Part shown: positions 48,149 to 58,036 of the stretch, in pieces | Layout of the letters: each line of letters begins with the position of its first letter | Numbering within the stretch: position 1 is the first letter of the stretch | NCBI GenBank assembly: GCA_963816355.1 | Contig: CAWFKH010000003.1 | Coordinates: 288,001 to 352,000 of the forward strand | DNA length: 64,000 nucleotides | Direction of reading: 5' to 3' | Source: an uncultured Gemmatimonadales bacterium | Lineage (GTDB): Bacteria; Gemmatimonadota; Gemmatimonadetes; Longimicrobiales; RSA9 | The notes under the pieces: model-generated | What the model was told of the DNA's origin: nothing | The model's database searches: none | The model's input: only the letters and a program-made list of their open reading frames with translations | Made by a program: the position numbers and the translations under genes

Positions 48149-48266
48149 GAGGTGCCGCGCGAGCGCGACGGCACCTTTGAGCCCGTAGTTGGTCCCGAAG
48201 CGGCGGCGGCGGCTCGAGGGTTTCGACGATAAGGTCCTCGCGCTGTACGTCCGGGGAATGACGACA
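48149..48266 (+). mobile_element. IS256-family transposase remnant (short, frameshifted)
   Basis: EVPRERDGTFEPV / +1 shift / LVPKRRRRLEGFDDKVLALYVRGMTT resembles the IS256 segment VPRDRxGxFEP..L..FD..I..LY..GMTT. Confidence 0.8.
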
Positions 48267-48383
48267 GCCGTGACAAGCCGTGCCTCCGCTTTCTCCTCCT
48301 CCGCGCCCTCCACTCCCCCCTCCTCCGCGACCTCCGCGTCCCCGGCGTTGCAGCCGCGGATGCCTTCCGCGTAGGTTGATCGA

Positions 48384-49550
48384 ATGTCGTCCGAGACCTC
48401 GCCCTCCGTGACTTCCTCCTCCGTGCCCTCGCCCCTGCGCGTACGCGTGGAGCCGGCGACGGATCCGGGCCGCGGCTACGACGTGGTGATCGAGGCGGGT
48501 GCGCTGGGGCGTCTCGGCGGGTTGCTCCGCGAGGCCGCGCCCGCTTCGCGCTACGTCCTCATCACGGACGCGAACGTGGAGCGTGCGCACGGCGCGGCGG
48601 TGTTGGGCGTGTTGCGCGGCGCCGGTCTGCGAGCGGAGGCGTTGGTCGTCGCGGCGGGTGAGGTGGAGAAGAACCGGGAGCGGTGGACGGAGCTGACCGA
48701 CCGCATGCTGGAGATGGGCGTCGGCCGCGACGGCTGCGTGCTCGCGCTCGGTGGCGGCGTCGTCGGAGACCTCGCGGGATTCGTCGCGGCGACGTACCTG
48801 CGGGGCGTGCCGGTGGTGCAGATCCCGACGACGGTGCTCGCGATGGTGGACGCGTCGGTGGGCGGCAAGACGGGCGTGGACACGGGTGCGGGGAAGAACC
48901 TGGTGGGCGCGGTGCACCAGCCGTCGCTGGTCGTGGCGGATCCGCTCACGCTGGGCACGCTGCCGGAGCGGGAGCTGCGCTCCGGCCTGGCGGAGGCGGT
49001 GAAGCACGGGGCGATCGCGGATCGGGCGTACTTCGACTGGATCGCGGACGCGGCGGCGGCGTTGGCGGGGGGCGACGTGGAAGCGCTGACGCGGCTGGTC
49101 GCGACGTCGGTCCGCATCAAGGCGGGCGTGGTGTCGCGCGATCCGCTGGAGCGGGGCGAGCGCAAGGCGCTGAACTTCGGCCACACGATCGCTCACGCCG
49201 TGGAGGCGCTGAGCGGCTTCGCGCTGCCGCACGGCTACGCGGTGGCGATCGGCATGGTGACGGAGGCGCGCGTGGGGGAGCGCGCGGGTGTCACGGAGGC
49301 GGGGACCGCCGCGGAGCTCGAGCGGGTGCTCGGGCGCTTGGGGCTTCCGGTGGCCGTGCCGCGCGAGATCGCGTCGGAGTCGATCCTGGAGCGCGCGCTC
49401 CTCGACAAGAAGGCGCGCGCCGGTCGGGCGCGCTACGCGCTGCTGGCGGAGCTGGGCCGGATCGCGCGCGATGCGGGCGGCGACGCGTCGATCGAGGTCG
49501 AAGACGGGGTCGTTCTGGAGGCGCTTCGTGAACGGCCGGCGGAGGTTTGA
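48384..49550 (+). CDS. aroB: 3-dehydroquinate synthase
   Basis: ALGGGVVGDLAGFVAATYLRG, PTTVLAMVDASVGGKTG, LNFGHT, HGYAVAIG; exact start uncertain. Confidence 0.95.
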   Translation: MSSETSPSVTSSSVPSPLRVRVEPATDPGRGYDVVIEAGALGRLGGLLREAAPASRYVLITDANVERAHGAAVLGVLRGAGLRAEALVVAAGEVEKNRERWTELTDRMLEMGVGRDGCVLALGGGVVGDLAGFVAATYLRGVPVVQIPTTVLAMVDASVGGKTGVDTGAGKNLVGAVHQPSLVVADPLTLGTLPERELRSGLAEAVKHGAIADRAYFDWIADAAAALAGGDVEALTRLVATSVRIKAGVVSRDPLERGERKALNFGHTIAHAVEALSGFALPHGYAVAIGMVTEARVGERAGVTEAGTAAELERVLGRLGLPVAVPREIASESILERALLDKKARAGRARYALLAELGRIARDAGGDASIEVEDGVVLEALRERPAEV

Positions 49551-49575
49551 CGACGTCTGGCACCCCGGCTACCTT
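49547..49575 (+). promoter_or_regulatory. sigma70-like promoter TTGACG-N17-TACCTT
   Basis: Overlaps the aroB stop, 66 nt before the acyl-CoA ligase ATG. Confidence 0.5.
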
Positions 49576-49641
49576 CCGGTGCGTAGCGTGAGCGGCGGGC
49601 GGCCGACGCCCGTCCGCCGGCGGGATCCGGATGGAGGGTTA

Positions 49642-51244
49642 ATGGCGCTGGTGGAGCGGGTTCGCGGTCGTTCCGTCGCTGCGGTGCTCGAGGAGCACGC
49701 AGCCGAGAACCCGGACCGTGTCTTCCTTCGCTACCGTGATCGGCGCCTGAGCTTTTCGCAGGTGGACGCCCGTGCCGCCGCGCTCGCCGCGGCGCTGCAC
49801 GGGTTGGGGATCGAGGCGGGCGACCGCATCGCGCTCGACCTTCCGAACTGGCCCGAGTTCGTGATCGCGGTCTTCGCTGCGGCGAAGCTGGGGGCGACGA
49901 TCGTGCCGCTGAACCCGCGTTTCACGACGCCGGAGCTGCAGTACATGCTGCGGCATTCCGAGGCGGCGGTGGTGGTCTGCGCGGAGACGCTGAACGGGAT
50001 CGACTATCTCGAGCTGTTCGAGGGGTTCCTCACCTCGCTGCCGGACCTGCAGTACCTGGTCACGGTCGGCGAGGCGGACCTGTGGTACGACGACCGGATC
50101 TATCAGTTCGAGGACCTGGTCTCGAGCGGGGAGGGGAGGCCGTACCCGCGCGTGGCGCCGGACCCGGTGGAGGACGTGTTCGCGATCCTCTACACGTCCG
50201 GGACCATGGGCAAGCCGAAGGGCGTCGCGCTGACGCACGAGAACATGCTCACCACCGCGGCGGCGACGGTCGATGCGATCGGGATCGTTCCGGACGACGT
50301 CGTATTCGGCGTCACGACGGTCTTCCACGTCTTCGGCCTCGGGCCGGGCGTGCTGGGGACGCTGATCGCCGGCGCTTCGCTGGTGCTGCAGGAGCAGTTC
50401 GAGCCGGCGGAGGCGCTGCGGCTGATCGAGAAGCACGGCGTGACGATCCACTACGGCGTGCCGACGGTCTTCATCACGGAGCTGCGCGAGCCGGAGCGGG
50501 CGCAGTCGCGACCTGTCGTCGCTGCGCGCCGGGATCGTGGCGGGCGCGCCGGTCTCGGATGACCTCGTCCGTCGCATCCGCGCGGAGCTGTGCCCGCGGG
50601 TGCAGGTGGCGTACTCGCTGACGGAAACGGCGTCGAGCGTCTCCGTGACGCGGCCGTCGGATCCGCCCGACAAGCAGATCTTCACGGTCGGTCGGCCGTT
50701 GCCCGGTACGGAAGTGCGCGTGCTGGACCTCGACGGCACGATTCTGCCGGAGGAGAGTCTCGGCGAGATCGCAGTGCGGGGTTCCGGGGTAATGAAGGGG
50801 TATTACAGGCAGCCGGGTGAGACGTCGCAGGCGCTCGACGCCGACGGCTTCTTTCTCACCGGCGACCTGGGGATCGTGGACGAGGAGGGCTTCGTCCACG
50901 TGGTGGGTCGGCGCAAGGAGCTGATCATCCGCGGCGGGTTCAACGTCTACCCGCGGGAGGTGGAGGATCGGCTGCACGCCCACCCGGCCGTGCTCGACGT
51001 GGCGATCGTGGGTCTGCCCCACGAGGTCCTCGGCGAGCTGGTCTGCGCGTGCATCGTCCCGGTCGAGGGGGCGATCGTAACCGGCGAGGAGATCAAGGAA
51101 TGGTGCCGGGCCGCGCTGGCGGACTACAAGGTCCCCGACCTCGTCCGCTTCCTCGATTCGTTCCCGCTCACGGGGAGCGGGAAGGTTCGGCGGGTCGAAC
51201 TCGCGCGGATGATCACCGCGGAAGAGTCGAGCCGCCGGCCCTGA
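49642..51244 (+). pseudogene. Long-chain acyl-CoA ligase (FadD-like) split by a +1 frameshift at ~50498-50505 (pseudogene or sequencing error)
   Basis: YTSGTMGKPKG in first frame; [38 protein letters not shown] in second frame. Confidence 0.82.
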
Positions 51245-51404
51245 CCGGTTTTCAACGGCGGGTGAAGATGGTCTGACCTGAGCGCTTCGCCCTGCGGCGG
51301 CGGCGCGGCGGCCCCGAGAGAACGGGCCCGCCCCGCCACCACGGCAGCGCGGATTCGGCAGGTCGGCACCGCGGATCCCGCCCCGACAAAGAGCACAGGA
51401 GAGA

Positions 51405-53507
51405 ATGACGACGAATTTCGCGCGCGCCCCTCACCAGGGGCGAACGGTGCCCATCCAGGCGGCACCAAACGCCGCGCTCCTCATCGACTTCGACAACGTC
51501 ACGATGGGGATCCGCAGCGACCTCACCAAGGAACTCAAGAACCTCCTCAACAGCGACATCATCAAGGGAAAGGTGGCGGTCCAGCGAGCTTACGCGGACT
51601 GGCGCCGCTATCCGCAGTACATCGTGCCGCTGTCGGAGGCGTCGGTCGACCTCATCTTCGCGCCCGCCTACGGCAGCTCGAAGAAGAACGCGACGGACAT
51701 CCGGCTCGCGATCGACGCGCTCGAGCTCGTGTTCACGAGGCCCGAGATCGGCACGTTCATCCTGCTCTCGGGCGACTCCGACTTCAGCAGCATGGTGCTC
51801 AAGCTGAAGGAGTACGGGAAGTACGTGATCGGCGTCGGCATCCGCGAGTCGAGCTCCGACCTCCTCGTACAGAACTGCGACGAGTACTACTCCTACTCCG
51901 CCCTCACGGGACTGACCCGCGCCGGCGACGAGGTGGTCGAAAACGAGGACCCGTGGGTGCTGGTGGAGCGCGCCGTGCGCCAGATGGCGGAGCGCGGCGA
52001 CGTGATGCGCTCCGACCGGCTCAAGCAGGTGATGGTCGAGATCGACCCCACCTTCGACGAGAAAGCGCTCGGCTTCAGCAAGTACAACCGCTTCCTCTCC
52101 GAGGCGGCTACCCGCGGCTGCCTCTCGATCAAGAAGATGGAGAACGGCCAGTACGACGTCGCCCCCCCCGGCGAGGACTCCGCCGAGCGGGGCGAGCGCG
52201 AGCGTCGGGGGCGCGAGCGCGGCCGCGAGCGTCGCGAGTCGCGCGAGTCGCGCGAGTCGAAGGGATCGGCGCGCGAGGGGCGCGAGCCGCGCGAAGGGCG
52301 CGAGGGGCGCGAGGCACGCGAGGGGCGTGAGTCGTCGCGAGAGACACGCGAATCGCGTGGGGCGACCGCGGAGGCGAAGGGTGCCGCCACGCCGGAGCCC
52401 GCTGTGGAGCCGGCAGCGGCGCCGGCGGCCTCGTCGCGGAGCCGCGCGGCCGGCAGCGGCGGGAGCGGCGGGAGCGGCGGCATCGGCGCCGCGTACGACC
52501 TGCTTCGGCGCGCCGTGGCGGATCTCGCGGCGGAGCGAGGCGGAGCGGTGCGGGATTCCGACGTGAAGCGGCGCATGCTCGAGTCGGAGCCGAACTGGGA
52601 CGAATCGACGCTGGGCTTTCCGAAGTTCAGCCGGTTCCTGCGCCAGGCGCACGCGGACGAGGTGATCGACCTGCGTCGCTCGGAGAACGGTGCCTATGAC
52701 ATCGAGCTGCGCGGCGGGGCGCCGCTGCGGGTCGAGACGGCGGCGGCGGAAGGGGGCCTCGGCCGGGCGGGCAGGGAGGCGGCGGAGGAAGCCTCGTCCG
52801 CGGCGGTGGAGCGCTCTGCCGCGCGCGAGAGCCGGCGCTCCCCGGAGCCGAGGGAGGAGGCCGTTCAGGCGGCGGCCGCGGGTGAAGCTGCGGGAGCGGC
52901 GGCTGAGGAGAGCGGAGCGCGGTCGGAGCCGACGGTGGGACGGGGGGTGTCGCCGTATCGCCGCGGCTCGCGCCGTGGCACCCCGGAGGGTCCGCCGCCG
53001 CTGCTTCCGGGTCAGGCGGTCCATCTTCCGGGCGCCGACGGTGGCGAGGCGGCGACCGCGGTTCCGGAGGGCGTGGCCGCTACGGACCCACCGGCCGATC
53101 CTTCCCGTCTGGGTCTACCGACGGACCGGGACTCGGTCCTGAACTACCTGCAGAACCGCTACAAGGGTGTGGGCCTGAAGACGGCGGAGGTGCTGGTCGA
53201 CGCGTTCGGCGCGGAGAACGTCTTCGGGACCTTGAGAGAGGACCCGGAGCGGGTGCGCGAGGTGCTGGGGGCTCGCCGGGCGGACGCCGTTCTGGACGGC
53301 TGGGCCGTGGACTTCGAGCGTCGTCGTGCGCGGCGCGGCGGTGGCTCCCCGGAGGCGGCCGAGGAGGCAGCGGAGGCGGGCGCGTCGGTGAGTTCCTCCG
53401 CTGGATCGACGCCGGCCGCGAAGCGGTCGCGGCGTGGAGGTCGCGGGCGGGGCGGCCGCGGCCGTGCTCGCAAGCCCACCGGCGACGGCGGTGACGCGGC
53501 GGAGTGA
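51405..53507 (+). CDS. NYN-domain (PIN-like) protein with two OST-HTH/LOTUS domains and a C-terminal HhH-like domain
   Basis: LIDFDNV, KNATDIRLAIDA, SGDSDFS; FDEKALGFSKY and WDESTLGFPKF; YKGVGLKTAEVLVDAFG. Confidence 0.85.
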   Translation: MTTNFARAPHQGRTVPIQAAPNAALLIDFDNVTMGIRSDLTKELKNLLNSDIIKGKVAVQRAYADWRRYPQYIVPLSEASVDLIFAPAYGSSKKNATDIRLAIDALELVFTRPEIGTFILLSGDSDFSSMVLKLKEYGKYVIGVGIRESSSDLLVQNCDEYYSYSALTGLTRAGDEVVENEDPWVLVERAVRQMAERGDVMRSDRLKQVMVEIDPTFDEKALGFSKYNRFLSEAATRGCLSIKKMENGQYDVAPPGEDSAERGERERRGRERGRERRESRESRESKGSAREGREPREGREGREAREGRESSRETRESRGATAEAKGAATPEPAVEPAAAPAASSRSRAAGSGGSGGSGGIGAAYDLLRRAVADLAAERGGAVRDSDVKRRMLESEPNWDESTLGFPKFSRFLRQAHADEVIDLRRSENGAYDIELRGGAPLRVETAAAEGGLGRAGREAAEEASSAAVERSAARESRRSPEPREEAVQAAAAGEAAGAAAEESGARSEPTVGRGVSPYRRGSRRGTPEGPPPLLPGQAVHLPGADGGEAATAVPEGVAATDPPADPSRLGLPTDRDSVLNYLQNRYKGVGLKTAEVLVDAFGAENVFGTLREDPERVREVLGARRADAVLDGWAVDFERRRARRGGGSPEAAEEAAEAGASVSSSAGSTPAAKRSRRGGRGRGGRGRARKPTGDGGDAAE

Positions 53508-53553
53508 GGCGTCGCGATCGGAAGCGGGGCGCGGCGCGTGGTCGCCGCGTCCA

Positions 53554-54141
53554 ATGCGGGCCACCTTCTTCGCCGGACCGGCGGAGTCGGTGGCCCGCTC
53601 GCTTCTGGGGACGGTGCTGGTCTCGACCGTGGGCGGCCGCCTGACGGCGGGTCGTATCGTGGAGACGGAGGCGTACGTGGGGCCGCACGATCCGGCTTCG
53701 CACGCGGCGGAGCGGATTGGGCGGACGCGGCGCAACGATGCGATGTTCGGCGCGCCGGGCACGGCGTACGTGTATCGGATTTACGGCCTGCACTGGTGCC
53801 TGAACGTAGTGACGGGCGTGGTGGACGATCCTGCCGCGGTTTTGATCCGCGCGATCGAGCCGGTCGCGGGCGAGGCGGTGATGCGGGAGCGGCGGGAGTG
53901 GCGCGGGCGGCGGCTGGAAGGACGCTCACTGAGCGGCGGCCCCGCGCGCCTGGCGGAAGCACTCGGCGTGACCGGCGCCCTCGACGCCCACGCGCTGGAC
54001 GCGCCGCCGCTCTCGCTGCACGCTGGGCAGGGCGGGGCGGCGGAGGAGCCGGTCTCCGTGGGCCCTCGCATCGGCGTCACGCGAGCGGTCGACTGGCCGC
54101 TCCGATTCTGGCTTTCCGGAAATCCGTGGGTCTCGCGCTGA
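53554..54141 (+). CDS. mpg: DNA-3-methyladenine glycosylase (MPG/AAG)
   Basis: GRIVETEAYVG.HDPASHA, AYVYRIYGLHWCLNVV, AVLIRAIEP, GPRIGV; alternative GTG start at 53491. Confidence 0.92.
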   Translation: MRATFFAGPAESVARSLLGTVLVSTVGGRLTAGRIVETEAYVGPHDPASHAAERIGRTRRNDAMFGAPGTAYVYRIYGLHWCLNVVTGVVDDPAAVLIRAIEPVAGEAVMRERREWRGRRLEGRSLSGGPARLAEALGVTGALDAHALDAPPLSLHAGQGGAAEEPVSVGPRIGVTRAVDWPLRFWLSGNPWVSR

Positions 54142-54243
54142 CGCCCGTGGGTCTCGCGCTGACGCTTCCGTAGCCGGAACGAAGAGGGCCGGGAACGTCC
54201 GCGTCGGCTGAGGTGGGGCGCCCGCGTCGGCTGAGGTGGGGCG
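54124..54243. repeat. Two tandem duplications (2x21 nt spanning the mpg stop; 2x23 nt)
   Basis: ccgtgggtctcgcgctgacgc at 54124/54145; ccgcgtcggctgaggtggggcg at 54199/54222. Confidence 0.9.
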
Positions 54244-54268
54244 GCGTCGCGGCGGGGCCGGGGCAGCG

Positions 54269-55090
54269 TCAGTCGAGGCCGGCGCCAGCGTGCGCCGCGG
54301 CCTCCTCGATCTCACAACGGAGCACGGTCACGGCCTGTCCGCTCAGAAGGACGCGGTCGCCGCCCAGCCGCACGCGCACGATGCCGCCCCGGGCGGACGC
54401 CTGGTAGCCGGTCATCGCTGCGGTGCCGAGCCGCGTGCCCCAGTACGGGGCGAGGGCGCAGTGGGCCGAGCCGGTGACGGGATCCTCGTCGACGCCGACG
54501 GCGGGCGCGAAGAAGCGCGACACGAAGTCGTACTCCTTCCCGGTGGCGCGGCTGGTGAGGATGACGCCGCGCACGGGGACGCGTCGTAGCAGGGCGAAAT
54601 CCGGTTGGGCGGCGCGTACGGCATCCTCGTTCTCGACCTCGACGAGGAAGTCCATCCGGTTGCGGGCGACCTGGATCGGGCGCACGCCGAGCGCTTCCAG
54701 CAGACCGGGCGGCGGGTCGGCGTCGGCGGGCGGCTCGGAAGGGAACTCGAGGTCGATCCAGTCGCCGTGGCGGCTCGCCTCCAGACGTCCGCTGCGGGTC
54801 CGGAAGTGCGCCCGCGTCGAATCGTCCAGGTGGCCCTCGGTCCACAGCACATGCGCGCTGGCCAGGGTGGCGTGGCCGCAGAGGTCCACCTCGGTGGTGG
54901 GCGTGAACCACCGCAGGCCCCACGTGGAGGGCTCTTCCTCGGTCCACAGGAACGCCGTTTCCGAGAGGTTCATCTCGCGCGCAATGGCCTTCATCCACGC
55001 CTCTTCGGCGGGTGCCGGGAGGATGCACACGGCGGCCGGGTTGCCGCGAAACGGCGTGGCGGTGAAGGCGTCGACCTGGATCAGTCGCAT
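54269..55090 (-). CDS. PhzF family isomerase/epimerase
   Basis: QVDAFT..GNPAAV, NLSETAF, EVDLCGHATLA, EDPVTGSAH. Confidence 0.92.
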   Translation of the reverse strand: MRLIQVDAFTATPFRGNPAAVCILPAPAEEAWMKAIAREMNLSETAFLWTEEEPSTWGLRWFTPTTEVDLCGHATLASAHVLWTEGHLDDSTRAHFRTRSGRLEASRHGDWIDLEFPSEPPADADPPPGLLEALGVRPIQVARNRMDFLVEVENEDAVRAAQPDFALLRRVPVRGVILTSRATGKEYDFVSRFFAPAVGVDEDPVTGSAHCALAPYWGTRLGTAAMTGYQASARGGIVRVRLGGDRVLLSGQAVTVLRCEIEEAAAHAGAGLD

Positions 55091-55174
55091 GGAGTCCGTC
55101 GCATGGATGAAGTGTGGCCCCCCGTGGCCTCCCCGGCAAGGCGTGGCCCCAGCGCGGCCGGCGCCATCGTTGGC

Positions 55175-55203
55175 TGGACTCGTTCCCGGCCCGGGCCTAC
55201 ATT
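55175..55203 (+). promoter_or_regulatory. sigma70-like promoter TGGACT-N17-TACATT for etfBA
   Basis: 50 nt upstream of GTG 55254. Confidence 0.45.
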
Positions 55204-55253
55204 GGCGCCGCCGTTCGAAGTACGGGGGGTTTCGACGAGCAAGCGAGGAGACA

Positions 55254-56003
55254 GTGAAGACGATCGTCTGCATAAAGCGGGTTCCCGACACCGCCACCCG
55301 CATCAAGATCTCCGACGACGGCCGCTCCATCGAGGCGGCGGGCGTCAAGTACGTCATCAGCCCGTACGACGAATTCGCGCTGGAGGCGGCGCTGCGGTCG
55401 AAGGAGGCCGGCGCGGTCGGCGACGTCGTCGTATTAACGGTCGGTGAGGCGGCGGCGGCGGAGCAGCTTCGCGCGGCGCTCGCGATGGGCGCCGACTCGG
55501 CGATCCTGCTGCGCGGCGAGACCGGCATCGACGGTCTGGCGACCGCGAAGGCGCTGGCGGCGGAGCTGGAGCAGGCCGGGGCGGATCTCGTCCTGCTCGG
55601 CGTGAAGGCGGCTGACGACGACCAGCAGCAGGTGGGGCCGATGGTGGCCGAGCTGCTCGGCCGGCCGTGCGTGACCGGCGTCGCCGAGCTGCGCATCGAA
55701 GACGGCAAGGTGGTGTGCCACCGGGAGGTGGAGGGCGGCGTCGAGATCGTCGAAGCCACGCTGCCGGCGGTCGTCACGACGACGAAGGGGCCGAACGAGC
55801 CGCGCTACCCCTCGCTCAAGGGGATCATGGCCGCGAAGCGGAAGCCGCTCGAGGAGCGGGAAGCGCAGCTCGCGCCGGGTCGCATCGAGCTGCGCTCGCT
55901 CGCCTATCCTCCCGCTCGCCCGCCGGGGGTCGTGGTGGGTGAAGGTCCCGAGGCCGTGCCGGAGCTGGTGCGGCGGCTGCGCGAAGAGGCGAAGGCGCTC
56001 TAG
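55254..56003 (+). CDS. etfB: Electron transfer flavoprotein beta subunit
   Basis: VCIKRVPD, SPYDEFALEAA, ALAMGAD, EPRYPSLKGIMAAK; SD gaggag. Confidence 0.95.
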   Translation: MKTIVCIKRVPDTATRIKISDDGRSIEAAGVKYVISPYDEFALEAALRSKEAGAVGDVVVLTVGEAAAAEQLRAALAMGADSAILLRGETGIDGLATAKALAAELEQAGADLVLLGVKAADDDQQQVGPMVAELLGRPCVTGVAELRIEDGKVVCHREVEGGVEIVEATLPAVVTTTKGPNEPRYPSLKGIMAAKRKPLEEREAQLAPGRIELRSLAYPPARPPGVVVGEGPEAVPELVRRLREEAKAL

Positions 56004-56014
56004 GAGATATCGAA

Positions 56015-57001
56015 ATGGCGAAGATTCTTGCGGTCGTAGAGGAGCGGGAGGGCGCGCTGCGCCGGGTCTCGCTGGAGGTCGTCACGGCAGCCCGGTCGGT
56101 GGCGGCGGAGCTGGGCGCGGAAGTGGACGCGCTGCTGTTGAGCGCGGGCCCGGTCGATGCGACGGCGCTCGGAGCGCACGGCGCGGACCGCGTGCTCGTC
56201 GGCGAGGACGCGTCGCTGGCGGGGCCGTCGGCTTCACTGCGGGCGGCGGTGGTCGCTCAGGTGGCGCGGCAGAACGGCTACCACACGATCCTGCTCGCCG
56301 CCACGACGGCCGGGAAGGACCTGGCGCCGCGCGTGGCGGCGCGCCTGGACGTCCCGCTCGCGACGGACGCGACGGCGCTCGCGGTCGAGGATGGCGAGAT
56401 CCTGGTCACGCGGCCGATGTACGGCGGCAAGGCGTTCGCGAAACTGGTGCTGGCCGGGGAGCCGCGGCTCGTCTCGATGCGGCCGAACGTCTTCACGCCG
56501 CGCGAGCAGCAGGCGGCCGGCGCCGTGGAGCGGATCGACGTCGCCGCGGCGGGCGCCGAGGCCGGTGCGGCCGGCGTGGCGGTGCGGGAGTTCCGGGCCG
56601 CGGAGGGGGAGAGCGTGGACGTGGGCGAGGCGCCGATCGTCGTGAGCGGCGGGCGGGGCATGCAGGGGCCGGAGAACTGGCGCGTGCTGGAGGAGCTGCG
56701 GGCGGCGCTCGGCGAGCGGGCGGCGCTCGGGGCGTCGCGTGCCGTGGTGGACGCGGGCTGGCGGCCGCACGCGGAGCAGGTCGGCCAGACCGGGAAGACG
56801 GTGTCGCCACAGCTCTACTTCGCCATCGGCATCAGCGGCGCCATCCAGCACCTCGCCGGCATGCGGACGGCGCGCACGATCGTGGCCGTGAACAAGGACG
56901 CGGAGGCGCCGATCTTCGGTGTGGCCGACTACGGCATCGTCGGCGACGCGCTGGAGGTCGTGCCACGGCTGACGGAGGAGATCCGCAAGCTGGCGCGTTA
57001 G
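56015..57001 (+). CDS. etfA: Electron transfer flavoprotein alpha subunit
   Basis: [45 protein letters not shown]. Confidence 0.97.
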   Translation: MAKILAVVEEREGALRRVSLEVVTAARSVAAELGAEVDALLLSAGPVDATALGAHGADRVLVGEDASLAGPSASLRAAVVAQVARQNGYHTILLAATTAGKDLAPRVAARLDVPLATDATALAVEDGEILVTRPMYGGKAFAKLVLAGEPRLVSMRPNVFTPREQQAAGAVERIDVAAAGAEAGAAGVAVREFRAAEGESVDVGEAPIVVSGGRGMQGPENWRVLEELRAALGERAALGASRAVVDAGWRPHAEQVGQTGKTVSPQLYFAIGISGAIQHLAGMRTARTIVAVNKDAEAPIFGVADYGIVGDALEVVPRLTEEIRKLAR

Positions 57002-57103
57002 CGCTCCGTCCGGTGGTGGGCGGCTCCTCCTCGCCGCGGGGTCGGCTCGGTCCTTGCACTTTTTGCGCGGTGCCAGCCTACCCGAAGCCGTGAGGAGGGA
57101 CGC

Positions 57104-57388
57104 ATGAGACATCCGATTTCGTTCACCAAGGGGCTCCTCGTCGGAGCCGGACTGATGTACCTCTTCGACCCGCGTCAGGGTCGCCGCCGCCGCGCGCTCG
57201 TACGAGACAGGGCGGTGCGCGCGGGACACGAGATCGAGGACGAGTTGGAAGGCCGCGCGCGCGACCTCGGCCACCGCGCGAAGGGGCGCGCCGCCGAGGC
57301 GCCGAGCCGCGCGGTCGAGCGCGAGGTCGACGACGACGTGGAGGTGGTCAACCTGCTGAGCGTCGAAGGCGGAGCCAACACGAGCTGA
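57104..57388 (+). CDS. Small membrane-anchored protein; probable BON-domain protein with internal deletion
   Basis: GAGLMYLFDPRQGRRRRALVRD; VDDDV joined directly to EVVNLLSV. Confidence 0.6.
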   Translation: MRHPISFTKGLLVGAGLMYLFDPRQGRRRRALVRDRAVRAGHEIEDELEGRARDLGHRAKGRAAEAPSRAVEREVDDDVEVVNLLSVEGGANTS

Positions 57389-57400
57389 GCGACGAGCCCG

Positions 57401-58036
57401 ATGCGACCCTTCGAGAACCGCGCCGACGCTGGCGCTCAGCTCGGCGCCGAGCTCGAGCGGTACCGGCGCGCGCCGGGGCTGCTCGTGCTCGGCCTCCCGC
57501 GTGGCGGCGTTCCCGTCGCGGCCGAGGTGGCGCGGATTCTCGACGCTCCGCTCGACGTCTTCCTGGTGCGCAAGCTCGGCGTGCCCGCCTTCCCGGAGCT
57601 GGCGCTGGGCGCGATCTCGAGCGGCGGCGCCGTGGTCCTGAACGAGGACGTCGTGGAGGCGTACGACATCCCGCGCGAGGTGATCGAGCGGGTGGCCGTT
57701 GAGGAACGCCTGGAGCTGGAGCGGCGCGAGGCGCTGTATCGGCACGGCCGCGCGCCGCTGGACGTGCGCGAGCGCACGGTGATCATCGTGGACGACGGCC
57801 TGGCGACCGGCGCCTCGATGCGCGCGGCCGCGACGGCGCTGCGCGCGCTCGGGCCGCGGCGGCTCGTCGTCGCCGTGCCGGTGGGCGCGGCCGAGACGTG
57901 CGAGGATCTTCGCTCGCTGGCGGACGCGGTGGTCTGCCTGCGGAAGCCGGATCCGTTCCAGGCGGTCGGACTCTGGTACCGCGACTTCAGCCAGACCACG
58001 GACCGCGAGGTCGTGGAGCTGCTCGCGGCCGGCTAG
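57401..58036 (+). CDS. Phosphoribosyltransferase-family protein
   Basis: FENRADAG, GLPRGGVPVA, VIIVDDGLATGASM, AVGLWYRDFSQTTD. Confidence 0.88.
   Translation: MRPFENRADAGAQLGAELERYRRAPGLLVLGLPRGGVPVAAEVARILDAPLDVFLVRKLGVPAFPELALGAISSGGAVVLNEDVVEAYDIPREVIERVAVEERLELERREALYRHGRAPLDVRERTVIIVDDGLATGASMRAAATALRALGPRRLVVAVPVGAAETCEDLRSLADAVVCLRKPDPFQAVGLWYRDFSQTTDREVVELLAAG

Noticed and set aside
54269..55090. Phenazine biosynthesis cluster
   Set aside because: Lone PhzF-family gene, no other phz genes
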